Source: an uncultured Synergistota bacterium
GTDB taxonomy: Bacteria > Synergistota > JAGHAJ01
DNA length: 64,000 nucleotides
Assembly (NCBI GenBank): GCA_964559865.1
Contig: CAZLJD010000041.1
Location: 10,343-74,342, forward strand
Direction: 5' to 3'
Below, piece after piece: positions 9,651 through 20,774 of this stretch. How positions within the stretch are numbered: position 1 is the stretch's first letter; every line of letters begins with the position of its first letter. Below the pieces are notes generated by a model. The model saw nothing but the letters and a program-made list of their open reading frames with translations, did no database searches and was not told the origin of the DNA. Made by a program: the position numbers and the translations under genes.

Positions 9651-10250
9651 ATGTCTGAAAGAGATGCTTTAGAAGCATTGAGAAACGACATTCTACAAGA
9701 GGCTGTTTTGCAGAAAGAAAGGATTATAGAAAAGTTCAATGAAGAAAAGGAAAGAGAATGGAAGGAATTCAAGCAAAAGGTAGATGCAAAGGTGAAATCT
9801 ATAGAGGAAGACGCAAGGAGAAAGGCATCTCAAATAGAAAAGAAGATCATATCTCTGGCAGAGCTGGAGGCAAACAAGCAACTATACACAGCAAAAGAGG
9901 AAATCATCAAACATATATTTCAAAAGGCAAAAGAAGAAATACTACAAATAAAGAGGAGAAAGAGCATCTATACCATAATACTCGAAAAACTCATATCAGA
10001 AGTAATAAGGACAATGGATACCCAAAAGATAAAGCTAAGGATTAATCCAGAGGATGTAGAGCTGGTAAAGGAAAAAGTGTTACCACTATTTAAGGGAAAG
10101 GATATAGAAATTGTAGAAGACGAGAACATATCCATAGGTGTTATAGGTGAATCTGAACATATGATATTCGATAATACTCTCGAAGGTGTATGGATGAGAA
10201 AGGAAGAAAGGCTTAGAACTGTCATAACAGAAGAACTTTTCGAGAAATAA
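9651..10250 (+). CDS. atpE: A/V-type ATPase subunit E (peripheral stalk)
   Basis: 199 aa, N-terminal coiled coil and C-terminal globular part, in the expected operon position. Confidence 0.75.
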   Translation: MSERDALEALRNDILQEAVLQKERIIEKFNEEKEREWKEFKQKVDAKVKSIEEDARRKASQIEKKIISLAELEANKQLYTAKEEIIKHIFQKAKEEILQIKRRKSIYTIILEKLISEVIRTMDTQKIKLRINPEDVELVKEKVLPLFKGKDIEIVEDENISIGVIGESEHMIFDNTLEGVWMRKEERLRTVITEELFEK

Positions 10251-10259
10251 CCCAAAGGA

Positions 10260-12071
10260 GTGCATGGGGACATGAGTGAGATCATAGGCAGTATAGGGAG
10301 GATAAATGGACCAGTTGTAAAAGCAAAGGATGTAAAAGAGGCAATGATGTCAGAAATGGTGGAAGTGGGGGAATCCAAACTCATAGGAGAAATAATCCGT
10401 TTAGAAGATGATATAGCTACCATACAGGTGTACGAAGAAACCGAAGGCTTGAAAGTTGGCGAACCCGTGTACGGAACAGGACAACTACTTTCTGTCGAGC
10501 TTGGTCCTGGTTTGTTAACAAACATATTTGATGGCATCCAACGACCACTAACAGCAATAAAGAGTGCAACTGGAGACTTTATAGGGAAAGGGGTATCCAT
10601 ACCACCCTTAGACAGAAAAAAGAGATGGCCAACAAAGATGTTAGCAAAAAAGGGTGATACAGTTTCGGAAGGAAACATCATTGCAACGATCAAAGAAACA
10701 GAGCTCATAGAACACCGCGTACTTGTACCTACAGGCATCAAAGGAGAAGTAATTTCTGCTGTGCCAGACGGAGACTACAATATAGAAACTACCATATTAA
10801 CGGTAAAAACAGAAGACAGAGGAGAAGTGGAACTTAAACTCTACCATAGATGGCCGGTCAGACACCCAAGGGCTTACAAAGAGAAATTACTACCTGATAC
10901 TCCCCTACTCACTGGCCAAAGAGTAATAGACACATTTTTCCCTATAGCCAAGGGAGGTACTGCCGCTATCCCTGGCGGATTCGGCACAGGTAAAACAGTT
11001 ACGCAGCACCAACTAGCAAAGTGGTCTGATGCACAAATCATAGTATACATAGGTTGCGGTGAACGGGGAAACGAAATGACAGAGGTCCTTGAAGAATTCC
11101 CCAAACTGATAGATCCCCACAGCAATAGACCCTTAATGGAGAGAACTATCCTGATAGCAAACACATCTAACATGCCAGTAGCAGCAAGAGAGGCATCGAT
11201 ATACACAGGTATAACCATAGCAGAATATTACCGTGATATGGGCTACGATGTTGCCATAATGGCAGATTCCACATCTCGATGGGCTGAGGCATTGAGGGAG
11301 ATTGCAGGAAGATTGGAAGAAATGCCAGCAGAAGAAGGTTTTCCTGCTTACCTCCCTACAAAGCTTGCAGAATTCTACGAAAGGGCTGGAAAGGTGTTAA
11401 CACTCAGCGGAAAGGTAGGTTCAATAACTATAATTGGTGCTGTATCGCCTCCTGGTGGTGATTTCTCAGAGCCAGTTACCCAGTATACAAAGAGATTCAC
11501 AAGATGTTTCTGGGGGTTAGACAAAAACCTTGCAAGTGCAAGGCACTTTCCTTCAATAAACTGGCTCGAAAGCTATAGTGAATACATAAACGACCTGCAA
11601 AAATGGTGGGAGGAAAATGTAGATAAATCCTATAGAGAAATAAGGAATGAGGCAATGGAGCTACTACAAGAAGAAAGCAAGCTTCAGAGGATAGTCCAGC
11701 TCATAGGGGCAGGTGTTCTACCAGACAGCCAAAAGCTTATACTTGAAGCTGCTAGAATGATAAAAGACCAGTTCCTTAGGCAAAACGCATTCAGCGAAAT
11801 AGACAGCTACTCTACCCCAGAAAAGCAAATACACATCCTAAAACTGATAATGGCATACTACCAGTGGGCAAGAAGACTGATAAACAAAAAAATACCAATA
11901 AGCAAAATAACCTCACTACCTGTTACCACAAAGATCATGCATGTAACTGCAGAGACCCCGAACGAGCAGATAAAAGAGAAATGCGAATCATTAATGAAGG
12001 AGCTTATTGAATCGTTCAAAGGGTTGGAATCGGAGTTTGAAAGGATCAGTAAAAAGCGCACCCAGGGGTGA
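10260..12071 (+). CDS. atpA: A/V-type ATPase catalytic subunit A
   Basis: P-loop GGFGTGKTV, a non-homologous insert region, 603 aa, no intein. Confidence 0.97.
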   Translation: MHGDMSEIIGSIGRINGPVVKAKDVKEAMMSEMVEVGESKLIGEIIRLEDDIATIQVYEETEGLKVGEPVYGTGQLLSVELGPGLLTNIFDGIQRPLTAIKSATGDFIGKGVSIPPLDRKKRWPTKMLAKKGDTVSEGNIIATIKETELIEHRVLVPTGIKGEVISAVPDGDYNIETTILTVKTEDRGEVELKLYHRWPVRHPRAYKEKLLPDTPLLTGQRVIDTFFPIAKGGTAAIPGGFGTGKTVTQHQLAKWSDAQIIVYIGCGERGNEMTEVLEEFPKLIDPHSNRPLMERTILIANTSNMPVAAREASIYTGITIAEYYRDMGYDVAIMADSTSRWAEALREIAGRLEEMPAEEGFPAYLPTKLAEFYERAGKVLTLSGKVGSITIIGAVSPPGGDFSEPVTQYTKRFTRCFWGLDKNLASARHFPSINWLESYSEYINDLQKWWEENVDKSYREIRNEAMELLQEESKLQRIVQLIGAGVLPDSQKLILEAARMIKDQFLRQNAFSEIDSYSTPEKQIHILKLIMAYYQWARRLINKKIPISKITSLPVTTKIMHVTAETPNEQIKEKCESLMKELIESFKGLESEFERISKKRTQG

Positions 12072-12077
12072 TAAAAA

Positions 12078-13484
12078 ATGCTTGAGTACAAAGGTATAAA
12101 AGAGATAAATGGCCCTCTCATAGTAATAGAAGGTATAAAAGATGTAGGATACGGTGAGATGGTAGATGTAATATCTCAAGATGGCAGACGTAGATCCGGC
12201 AAAGTAATAGACATAAGCGAAAAGTTAGCAGTGGTTCAGGTTTTTGAAGGCACAGATGGACTCATACCAAAAGATACCAAGGTGAGATTCAGAGGAAAGA
12301 CCTTAAGGATACCTGTATCCGAAGAGATGCGAGGGAGGATATTCAACGGCATAGGGGAACCCATAGACGGTGGACCTCCGGTTACACCAGAGGAATACTT
12401 AGACATCAATGGTCTTCCACTGAACCCTGTATCAAGAGCATACCCCAGAGACTACATCCAAACAGGAATATCCGCCATAGATGGCAACATGACTCTAATA
12501 AGGGGACAGAAACTACCAATATTTTCTGGAGACGGTTTGCCTCATAATGAAATAGCTGCACAGATTGCAAGACAGGCAAAGATAAGCGAAGAAGAGAATG
12601 CAGAATTTAGTATAGTATTTGCTGCAATGGGTATAAAGCACGATACCGCAACATTCTTTAAGCAGAGCTTCCAAGAAAGTGGTGCACTTAAGAATGTAAT
12701 TATGTTCCTAAACCTTGCGGATGACCCAGTAATAGAGAGAATCGTCACACCGAGATGTGCACTGACCGCAGCAGAGTATCTTGCATTCAAAAAGGACATG
12801 CACATACTCGTAATAATGATAGATATGACTAACTACTGTGAGGCATTAAGGGAAATGTCGAGCAGGAGGGGTGAAGTCCCAGCAAGAAAGGGCTACCCAG
12901 GATACATGTACTCAGACCTTGCAACAATATACGAAAGAGCAGGAAGAATCATAGGAAAGAGGGGCTCCATAACTCAGATACCCATATTAACGATGCCCAA
13001 TGATGATATAACGAATCCTGTGCCAGACCTAACAGGCTACATAACAGAAGGACAAATAGTTTTAAGCAGAGACCTGTACAATAAGGGCATATACCCTCCA
13101 ATAAACATACTCCCATCTCTATCAAGATTGATGAAGGACGGCATAGGAAAGGGCAGAACAAGAGAAGACCATCCAAATCTATCTGCACAGCTATATGCAG
13201 CTTACGCACACAGCCAAGAGGTGAGAAATCTTGCATCAGTGATTGGTGAAGAAGAATTAAACGAAACAGAAAGGCTATACCTAAAGTTTGGAGAAGAGTT
13301 TGAAAGAAAATTCATAAATCAAGGTATGAACGAAGAAAGGACCATGGAAGAAACATTAAATCTGGGGTGGGAAGTATTATCAATTCTCCCGAGATCCGAA
13401 CTTTACCGTTTAACAGAAGCAGAGCTCAACAAATACTACAAAAAGGAACTGGTGAAAGATGAACATATCTCCAACCAAGAGTAA
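12078..13484 (+). CDS. atpB: A/V-type ATPase subunit B
   Basis: Typical B-subunit motifs; 468 aa. Confidence 0.97.
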   Translation: MLEYKGIKEINGPLIVIEGIKDVGYGEMVDVISQDGRRRSGKVIDISEKLAVVQVFEGTDGLIPKDTKVRFRGKTLRIPVSEEMRGRIFNGIGEPIDGGPPVTPEEYLDINGLPLNPVSRAYPRDYIQTGISAIDGNMTLIRGQKLPIFSGDGLPHNEIAAQIARQAKISEEENAEFSIVFAAMGIKHDTATFFKQSFQESGALKNVIMFLNLADDPVIERIVTPRCALTAAEYLAFKKDMHILVIMIDMTNYCEALREMSSRRGEVPARKGYPGYMYSDLATIYERAGRIIGKRGSITQIPILTMPNDDITNPVPDLTGYITEGQIVLSRDLYNKGIYPPINILPSLSRLMKDGIGKGRTREDHPNLSAQLYAAYAHSQEVRNLASVIGEEELNETERLYLKFGEEFERKFINQGMNEERTMEETLNLGWEVLSILPRSELYRLTEAELNKYYKKELVKDEHISNQE

Positions 13485-14085
13485 TCTCATAAAGACAAAA
13501 GATATATTAGAACTTGCAAAAATAGGCTATTCTCTGCTCGATCAAAAGCGAAGTGTTCTGATCTCAGAGATGGCTCAACTAATTGACAGAGCAAAAGAGA
13601 TACAAGGAGAAATTGATAAGAGGTTTAATAGAGCATACCAATGCCTCAAGGTAACGAACGTAACAATGGGTATAGACAATGTGGAAAGGATCGCCATAGG
13701 AACACCTCCAACAGCAACCGTAGAGATCATAGAGAAAAGTACTATGGGTGTCACTATTCCTATAATGTCTCTCAAGAAAGACGACGAAAAACAATCAAAG
13801 CTACCCAACTACAGCATCTATAGAACAACCCAAAGCTTGGACACAGCGATAAGAGAGCTGAAAAACATGCTTGAGTTTATCGTGGAGCTCGCAGAGGTAG
13901 AAACATCTGTGTACAGGCTGGCAAAGGAGATAAAATCTACCCAAAAGAGAGCAAATGCACTTGAGTACATACTCATACCTCGCTACGAAGCAACAAAAAA
14001 ATTCATAGAAGAAAGCCTCGAAGAAAAGAGCAGAGAAGAGTTCTTTAAACTCAAAGTCTTAAAGAAAAAGCACTCAAAGGTATGA
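13459..14085 (+). CDS. atpD: A/V-type ATPase subunit D (central stalk)
   Basis: 208 aa coiled coil; 26-nt overlap with atpB. Confidence 0.9.
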   Translation: MNISPTKSNLIKTKDILELAKIGYSLLDQKRSVLISEMAQLIDRAKEIQGEIDKRFNRAYQCLKVTNVTMGIDNVERIAIGTPPTATVEIIEKSTMGVTIPIMSLKKDDEKQSKLPNYSIYRTTQSLDTAIRELKNMLEFIVELAEVETSVYRLAKEIKSTQKRANALEYILIPRYEATKKFIEESLEEKSREEFFKLKVLKKKHSKV

Positions 14086-14117
14086 CAACACCCCCATAAA
14101 TATGCTATAATATTTGT

Positions 14118-15305
14118 ATGAAGCAACATATAAGAATACTCCACACTGCAGATTGGCATGTGGGACTTGAGTCTTGGAAGGCAGACATCCCAACTGACAG
14201 AACAGAAGAGATAAAAGACGCACTTCAATTCATGCTCCAGTACGCCCAAAACAATAATATTGACCTTATTATCATATCTGGAGACATCACGGAGCACAGA
14301 ACGTCACCAAGTGCAGTAGAACACCAAATAGTGCTACACTACCTGAACGAATTTTCAGCAGTAGCACCAGTAGTTGTCGTTACTGGCAACCACGATTGGG
14401 TAGGTCTGCCACAGTTAGATATATTTTCGAAGAAAACTAACATCCACCTCATAAATAGATTTTCAAATCCAAACGGTTCACCAGCATCAAGGACACTTCT
14501 CATAAAAGAGCAGAAAGTAAAGGTATTTGGCCTACCTTACTTCGATGTTCGGAATCTTATAAAAAAGTACATAGAAGAATTGTCCAACACAAGTATGGAC
14601 ATGCTAAAAATACACACATCCAAGATAGAGGAAGCATGCGAACCTGATGCGTGGAACATACTCTCTGCGCACATAGCAATAGAAGGTATAAAGTATAGAA
14701 ACTACATAGAAGATTCCTTAGAATTCAGCATAAACCCTAAACTGCTACCCACAGTAGATTACATTGCATTAGGGCACATACACTCCCAAATGCGTATATC
14801 GGAAGCACCAACCACAACATGGTTTTCTGGTGCCATAATTCAGAACGACTTTGGAGAAGAACAAAATCGTGTGGGATTCCTCATAGTAGACTTAGAAGAG
14901 GGGAAAAACCCACAGGTTCAACCAGTTGAAACACCCCACAAAAAGCTAAAAAGTATAAATGTTACATTAAACACAAACATGGAAAATTGCCTTAAAGAAA
15001 TAGAAGAAAAAGCCAACATACCCGAGGACTACCTGAGGATCACACTAAGGGTTAATCACATTCAAGATCTTCCGCCACTATGGATGTCAAGGATAAGGAA
15101 CATAAGCAACAAGATCGTAAAGGTAAATGTAGAAGTGGATAAAAAGGAAGATACCATAAACATATCCGGGATAAAAGAAAAGGCAAAGAACATAAAAGAG
15201 CTATTTGAGGAGTATATTGAAAAGACAGAAAATCTTACTGAGGAGGAGAAAGAAGCCATAATAAACTACTTCACTACCATATACGAAGAGGTAAAGGAGA
15301 CATGA
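14118..15305 (+). CDS. sbcD: Exonuclease SbcD (Mre11-type calcineurin-like phosphoesterase)
   Basis: IRILHTADWHVG, IISGDITEH and VTGNHDW motifs. Confidence 0.9.
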   Translation: MKQHIRILHTADWHVGLESWKADIPTDRTEEIKDALQFMLQYAQNNNIDLIIISGDITEHRTSPSAVEHQIVLHYLNEFSAVAPVVVVTGNHDWVGLPQLDIFSKKTNIHLINRFSNPNGSPASRTLLIKEQKVKVFGLPYFDVRNLIKKYIEELSNTSMDMLKIHTSKIEEACEPDAWNILSAHIAIEGIKYRNYIEDSLEFSINPKLLPTVDYIALGHIHSQMRISEAPTTTWFSGAIIQNDFGEEQNRVGFLIVDLEEGKNPQVQPVETPHKKLKSINVTLNTNMENCLKEIEEKANIPEDYLRITLRVNHIQDLPPLWMSRIRNISNKIVKVNVEVDKKEDTINISGIKEKAKNIKELFEEYIEKTENLTEEEKEAIINYFTTIYEEVKET

Positions 15306-17767
15306 GGCCTGAGAGGTTAAAAATAAGAAACTTTCTCGGTATAGTAGAAGCAGACATAAAATTCACAGATAGGAACGTATTTGCCATATTAGGAGATAAC
15401 GGTGCTGGTAAGTCCAGCATATTGGAAGCAATGTACTTTGCACTATTTGGAGAGACACTCCGATTCGGAGGAAAGGAAAAGAGATCTGCCATAAATAGAC
15501 ACTCTACTGAGGAAAAGCCAAAAGCAATCGTAGAGTTTACATTTTCGAACGCAAGTAGCAAATACAGGATAAAGAGGGTGATCTACGCAAGCAAACAATC
15601 AACCACCTCGATACTCGAGAAACTGTCTCCTATGAATACAACTTTTACAAGAGATATAGACAAAGAGATAAGGAAACTCATACAGGTAGACAAAGAGATA
15701 TTCAAAAAAACCATCCTTCTACCGCAAGGAGAGATGACGGGGTTTATATCGAGCAGAAAGGCAGAAACCGTGAAGAACATACTAACAGGCATATTCGGTA
15801 TAAGCACATTATCAGAGATCAAGAAGATTGTTTCACAAAAGCACAGTGAAGTAAAAGGCAAATATGAAGAAAAACAATCAAGAGTAGAAGCACTAAGCAC
15901 AATAGGAGGAAGGATACTCGAAGACGCATTAAACGAAAGCAAATCTCGTATAAAAGAGGCAGAGAGAGAGGCAAAAAGGTTAAAAGAAGCAATAAACAAA
16001 TTAAACCAAGAAATACAAACCACCATTAACCTTCTTGCTACTCGAAAGAGGATCCAAGAAAAAGAAGCAAAAATAAGACAAAAAGAGGCAGAAATCAAAG
16101 AGCTCTCAGAAAGGGTGAAGGAAGACGAACTAATCGAGAAAATACGAACTATAAAGCCATACTACGAAATACTTGAAGAAAAGGGGAAAAGGATAAATGA
16201 TGTTAGAAAAGCAATAAAGGAAACAACAGAAAAAATAGAAGAACTGGAGAGAAACAAATCAGAAATCGAAAAAAGACTCCAAAAAATCAAAGAAAGGCTG
16301 AACACATACGAATTGTGCAGACCTTTACATAAACAGTTCACAGAACTTCTACAAGCTATCAAGACAAACAAGACAAACAAAGGAAAGATAGAACATTCGC
16401 TCTGGAAGGAACAAAAAGAAGCCGAAAGCCTCAAATTAGAGTTAACAAGGCTGATTGAAAAGAAAAAAGATCTGCCATATTCCGAAAGAGAGCTACTTAT
16501 TATGAAACTAAAAAAGGATCTACAAGTGGGGGATAAATGTCCCATTTGCGGAAACACCATAGAAAACCTCGAAGCACACAGAAACCATATAGATACAGAG
16601 ACGCTAAAGACCGCCATGGAATTAGAAACAAACATAGAGAAGCTCAAACAAGAAATACAATCCTATAAAAAAGTTATTCTATCCTTAGAGGAGCAAGCAA
16701 ACAATCTATCATTAGAGATAACAAGACAGGAAGAAGAACTAAAAGGGTTGCAAGACGAAATAGAAAAAAAGACCGGGATCCTGGCAAAGCAATTTCAAGA
16801 AAACTTAGAGAAACTAACCAAGCAGAAAAACGCATATGAAAATGCTTACATCAGGGCAGAAACTACATTGGAAAACCTGAAAAAAACAGCAGAGGAATAC
16901 CAAAAAGCACTCCAAACATTCATCAATGAGCACGAGAAAGAGAAATTGAGATTCGACAGTAAATTCAAGCAAGCAGGCATTGACCAAGATACATTTCTAA
17001 AATACAAGGATAGGGAACCAACAGATGCAAAAAAGAGGGTTCAACAACTACAAACAGAAATCCAGCAATTAAAAACAGACATAGCATCAGAAAAAAGTTT
17101 AGTTGACACAGAAACTCCTATCTCTGAGGTAGAAAGGTTGCTCAAACAAAGAGAAGATGAAAAAAGCGAAAAGGAAACAAAGTTAGAAGAGGTAGCAAAA
17201 CTTCAAGGCAGTCTAAGAAAAGAGATCGAAAATATTCAAAACAGAATAGAAGAACTTGAAGAGCTAAAAGAACAGGTAAAAAAGGTGGAAAGAGAGTACA
17301 TCACAACAAGAAAGTTAAACTACTATCTTGAGAGCAATAGATTCCCTGCATATGTATCAGACTACTACCTCAACGCCATAGTGGAGAGGGCGAACCACAT
17401 ACTTTTCAGGTTTTTTAGCGGCAAATACACACTAAGTACCCAGAACAGTGAACTAAGAATAATAGACAAAAACCTGCCTGATAATGATGTCTCCATAGAC
17501 AGCCTTTCGGGGGGAGAAAAAGTACTCGTATCAATGGCTATTGCGATGGCCATAACTGAGCTTACAACAAATCACATAGACATGTTATTTATAGACGAGG
17601 GTTTTTCTCCCTTAGACAATAACAACATTCAAGAAGTCGCAAAAGAGATACAGTTACTCGAAAGCACAAACAAGGTCATAGGTATAGTTACACATAATCA
17701 GGACTTCGCCGAGCAGTTCAACCACATACTAAAAGTGGAAAATGGGAGGGTAGAATGGCTAAGATAG
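15302..17767 (+). CDS. sbcC: Exonuclease SbcC (Rad50-type SMC ATPase with CxxC zinc hook)
   Basis: N-terminal Walker A GDNGAGKSS. Long coiled coil with a central hook DKCPICGN. C-terminal signature LSGGEK and Walker B LFIDEGF. Confidence 0.9.
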   Translation: MRPERLKIRNFLGIVEADIKFTDRNVFAILGDNGAGKSSILEAMYFALFGETLRFGGKEKRSAINRHSTEEKPKAIVEFTFSNASSKYRIKRVIYASKQSTTSILEKLSPMNTTFTRDIDKEIRKLIQVDKEIFKKTILLPQGEMTGFISSRKAETVKNILTGIFGISTLSEIKKIVSQKHSEVKGKYEEKQSRVEALSTIGGRILEDALNESKSRIKEAEREAKRLKEAINKLNQEIQTTINLLATRKRIQEKEAKIRQKEAEIKELSERVKEDELIEKIRTIKPYYEILEEKGKRINDVRKAIKETTEKIEELERNKSEIEKRLQKIKERLNTYELCRPLHKQFTELLQAIKTNKTNKGKIEHSLWKEQKEAESLKLELTRLIEKKKDLPYSERELLIMKLKKDLQVGDKCPICGNTIENLEAHRNHIDTETLKTAMELETNIEKLKQEIQSYKKVILSLEEQANNLSLEITRQEEELKGLQDEIEKKTGILAKQFQENLEKLTKQKNAYENAYIRAETTLENLKKTAEEYQKALQTFINEHEKEKLRFDSKFKQAGIDQDTFLKYKDREPTDAKKRVQQLQTEIQQLKTDIASEKSLVDTETPISEVERLLKQREDEKSEKETKLEEVAKLQGSLRKEIENIQNRIEELEELKEQVKKVEREYITTRKLNYYLESNRFPAYVSDYYLNAIVERANHILFRFFSGKYTLSTQNSELRIIDKNLPDNDVSIDSLSGGEKVLVSMAIAMAITELTTNHIDMLFIDEGFSPLDNNNIQEVAKEIQLLESTNKVIGIVTHNQDFAEQFNHILKVENGRVEWLR

Positions 17768-18849
17768 ACCCACGTGAATTTATAAAAGAGCTAAAGCCAC
17801 ACGCAGATTGGGGCATAGAACACATACAATCGGTAGAGGAATTGGAAAGACAAGAAGAGGAAAAGATACATCCAAAAGTTATAACAGACAAAGACATCAA
17901 TGAAACGGAGATCTCATTAGATTCATGGAATAAATGGAAAGAGTCATACAAACCCCGTACCTTGTTCAAACCAGAGTCAGTAGTGTTTATAGACGGAAGG
18001 ATGCGTGTACACAGTAGGTTTATCCTGCATGACAGAAACCCTGCTATCATAGGAGAAACTATAGCTGGTGGTATCATCCTAAAAGGAGGAAAACTCTTTC
18101 TTGACTTCTCAAGCAACAAGCCACCAAAGATAATGAGGGTGCTCACTCTACCAGTGCAAGAAAGAGAAAGAGCAAAATCCATGGGCCTCAATGAACCCAT
18201 TCAAATACCCATCATATCCACCAACAGGTCCATAGAGCTTCACATAGTCTCATCAGATACAAAGGCATCAGAATCAGAAAGGGCATACTCCGCCCTGTTA
18301 GAAACAATGAGACTACTCGAAAGAGAGGTAGTAAACCACTACTTCTCAGAATCCAATCACTTTATAATCAAAGACGGCACACTGAGGCCGCCAGACAGAG
18401 AATTTATAAAAGGTAGGGGCCCTATCGGGCTAATAAAACGGATACACCAAGAAGAGATACCACCTGACTTCTTTGAAAGATTTATATACATGCTGGAAAG
18501 AGGTGAAAGAACCCCTTTCTTCTGCTACCGTATCTCGGAAAAACACACAACGATAAGAGTCATATCTTACATGAGGATAGCAGAAAAATTCCCAAGTGAA
18601 CACCCCATAAGGGGAATAGTAAAAGTAGAGTTATTGTCAGATGAAAATAGTATAGATAATAGGGAAAAAGAGGAAATAGCAGAAGCACTCGACTTTGTCA
18701 GCAGCTTGCTGCCAAAACTCACAAAGATACTGCCCATCCCACGATCTCCAGAAAATATATTTCCCATAATGTCGCTGGAAGATGCGCTTAGTAATTTCTT
18801 TCTTTCGTCTGATGTCGTAAAAACATCTTTTGAGAGGTGGTTAGCATAA
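17755..18849 (+). CDS. nurA: NurA-family 5'-3' nuclease (RNase-H-like fold)
   Basis: DG motifs VVFIDGRMRV and FIIKDGTL, 364 aa. Sits between sbcC and herA with 13-nt overlaps on both sides. Confidence 0.6.
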   Translation: MAKIDPREFIKELKPHADWGIEHIQSVEELERQEEEKIHPKVITDKDINETEISLDSWNKWKESYKPRTLFKPESVVFIDGRMRVHSRFILHDRNPAIIGETIAGGIILKGGKLFLDFSSNKPPKIMRVLTLPVQERERAKSMGLNEPIQIPIISTNRSIELHIVSSDTKASESERAYSALLETMRLLEREVVNHYFSESNHFIIKDGTLRPPDREFIKGRGPIGLIKRIHQEEIPPDFFERFIYMLERGERTPFFCYRISEKHTTIRVISYMRIAEKFPSEHPIRGIVKVELLSDENSIDNREKEEIAEALDFVSSLLPKLTKILPIPRSPENIFPIMSLEDALSNFFLSSDVVKTSFERWLA

Positions 18850-20774
18850 TGAAACCCATAGGAACCGTTACGGGTATAAACCCGATAACGCCATATGAAT
18901 TCTATGTAAGGCTAAAAGTAGAGAACGGAAAACCCATCTACATGTTGCAGATGGACGAGATAGTCAAAGCCGAGTATGAATATAAAAGGTTTGGTAAACT
19001 CAGGATATACGGGGTAGTAGTAGAAAACACTTGCAGGTGGGACCAAAATGACATTACAGGATACAAGGAAGATATCATAGCCTCTGGTGGCATGATAGGA
19101 ATACCAATATACTTAGCAAAAGTAGCAACCACGAGAATAATGAAATACATTAATGGAAGATGGATCGAAGATGAAATCTCGGTACCACCTCCCGCTGGAA
19201 CAGAGGTAGAACCAGTGGAAGAAGACGAAACAGACATCTCTCTTGCATTTGACAATCTGAAAGAAAAAGGTAGAGCCCTTCCTATAGGAGTCCTAACAAA
19301 TGGAAGCGTTGCATACCTCGACACAGATTACATACTTGGCAACAACGGAGCACACATAAATGTATCAGGCCTATCCGGTGTAGCAGCAAAAACATCTTAC
19401 ACAACATTCCTCATCTACAGCATGTTAAACAGCACCTCCGTAACGAAGGAACTGGCATCCTCGAGATTCATCATTTTCAACGTAAAGGGAGAAGGACTAC
19501 TCTTTCTGGACAGATGGAACAAGGAGTGGAAAGAAAAAGAAAGGACAGAAGACGAAGACTTCAAGAAATGGTGCGAAATGTTCAACAGGATGGGAATCAG
19601 ACCTAGCGTTTTTAAGAATGTGGAGTTTTACTCACCAAGGGGAAAGCTAAAGAAACCAGATGTGAATTACAGAGTAGACGGCAAAGTGAAAATATTTGGA
19701 TGGGATGCACTGGATGTTGTTACACTGGGACTCATCGAGTTCTTGTTTGACCCTTCTGAGCTTTCTGAAAATGTGAACATACAGCTTACCGTATCCGCAC
19801 TCTCAGAAATATTAGAAAGAAATTACTCCACACTCAAAAACGAGGTATTAAGAAAACTGAGAAAGTCTTCCAAAGATGAACCCAATGAAGGTGACAGCAG
19901 GGATAAACCCTTCCCATTTATAGATGAGATCGGATACGATCTCGACGGCCTCACAGAAGACCAGAAAGTAAGAGCATACTTGCAGGCATGCAGAACAGAA
20001 CCTAAAAAGATCTTAGAAGCTTATGGAATTCCTCCAACTATAAATGCCCTTGCAAACCTTCTAAAAGAAGAGAAAATAAAAGACGAGTTAAGCGAAGAAA
20101 TGATACAAGACAAGACAATAGGAGCAGTCTACAGGAGAATAAAAGCAGCACAAAAGCTTGATATATGGAAAGTATGGGTAGACATGAGCACAGAATCCAT
20201 GTTCTTCACACCATCAAAATATGAGGAACCCTCTTATCACATAAACTGGGATAGAAAAGGAGGAATAACGGTAATAGACATCTCCAAGCTGCGACACAGA
20301 GCGCAGATATTCGTTGTAGGCTCCATACTGAAACAGGTACTGCAAAAGAAAGAAGCGGGGTTGATAAAGGAACCCGTGTTTATATACCTCGATGAATTGA
20401 ATAAGTATGCTCCTCGCAGTGGAGGTGGACCCCTGGGAAGCATATTCAGAGACATTGCAGAAAGGGGAAGATCTTTTAAGATCATACTCATTGGAGCAGA
20501 GCAAACAGCATCTGAAGTAGACTACAGGGTGATAACACAGGCATCTACCACGGTAGTAGGCAGGCAAAAATTGGCAGAGCTGAAAAAAGACGAATATGCG
20601 CATCTGGTTGGCGCTCAAAAGGAGAAAGCAGCACATCTCGTACAAGGAGAAGTAATCATAGACCAACCATTTCTAAGAGTACCACTGCTGGTAAAATTCC
20701 CTCTAACACCGTGGTCAACGAGAGAGGACTCAGAGGTACCAGAGAGACAGGAGAATTTCGATGACTTCTTGTGA
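18837..20774 (+). CDS. herA: HerA-family hexameric DNA translocase/helicase (HAS-barrel + RecA-like ATPase)
   Basis: N-terminal barrel, LPIGVL...SVAYLDTDYILGNNGAHINVSGLSGVAAKTS, Walker B VFIYLDELNKYAP, and a long helical insertion. Confidence 0.7.
   Translation: MVSIMKPIGTVTGINPITPYEFYVRLKVENGKPIYMLQMDEIVKAEYEYKRFGKLRIYGVVVENTCRWDQNDITGYKEDIIASGGMIGIPIYLAKVATTRIMKYINGRWIEDEISVPPPAGTEVEPVEEDETDISLAFDNLKEKGRALPIGVLTNGSVAYLDTDYILGNNGAHINVSGLSGVAAKTSYTTFLIYSMLNSTSVTKELASSRFIIFNVKGEGLLFLDRWNKEWKEKERTEDEDFKKWCEMFNRMGIRPSVFKNVEFYSPRGKLKKPDVNYRVDGKVKIFGWDALDVVTLGLIEFLFDPSELSENVNIQLTVSALSEILERNYSTLKNEVLRKLRKSSKDEPNEGDSRDKPFPFIDEIGYDLDGLTEDQKVRAYLQACRTEPKKILEAYGIPPTINALANLLKEEKIKDELSEEMIQDKTIGAVYRRIKAAQKLDIWKVWVDMSTESMFFTPSKYEEPSYHINWDRKGGITVIDISKLRHRAQIFVVGSILKQVLQKKEAGLIKEPVFIYLDELNKYAPRSGGGPLGSIFRDIAERGRSFKIILIGAEQTASEVDYRVITQASTTVVGRQKLAELKKDEYAHLVGAQKEKAAHLVQGEVIIDQPFLRVPLLVKFPLTPWSTREDSEVPERQENFDDFL

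Noticed and set aside
9308-10741. Long antisense ORFs (9308..9772, 9968..10741 minus) inside atpF/atpE/atpA
   Set aside because: They overlap well-supported, motif-rich V-ATPase genes. Ser/Leu/Phe-rich translations of this kind are typical of the antisense frame of AT-rich coding DNA.
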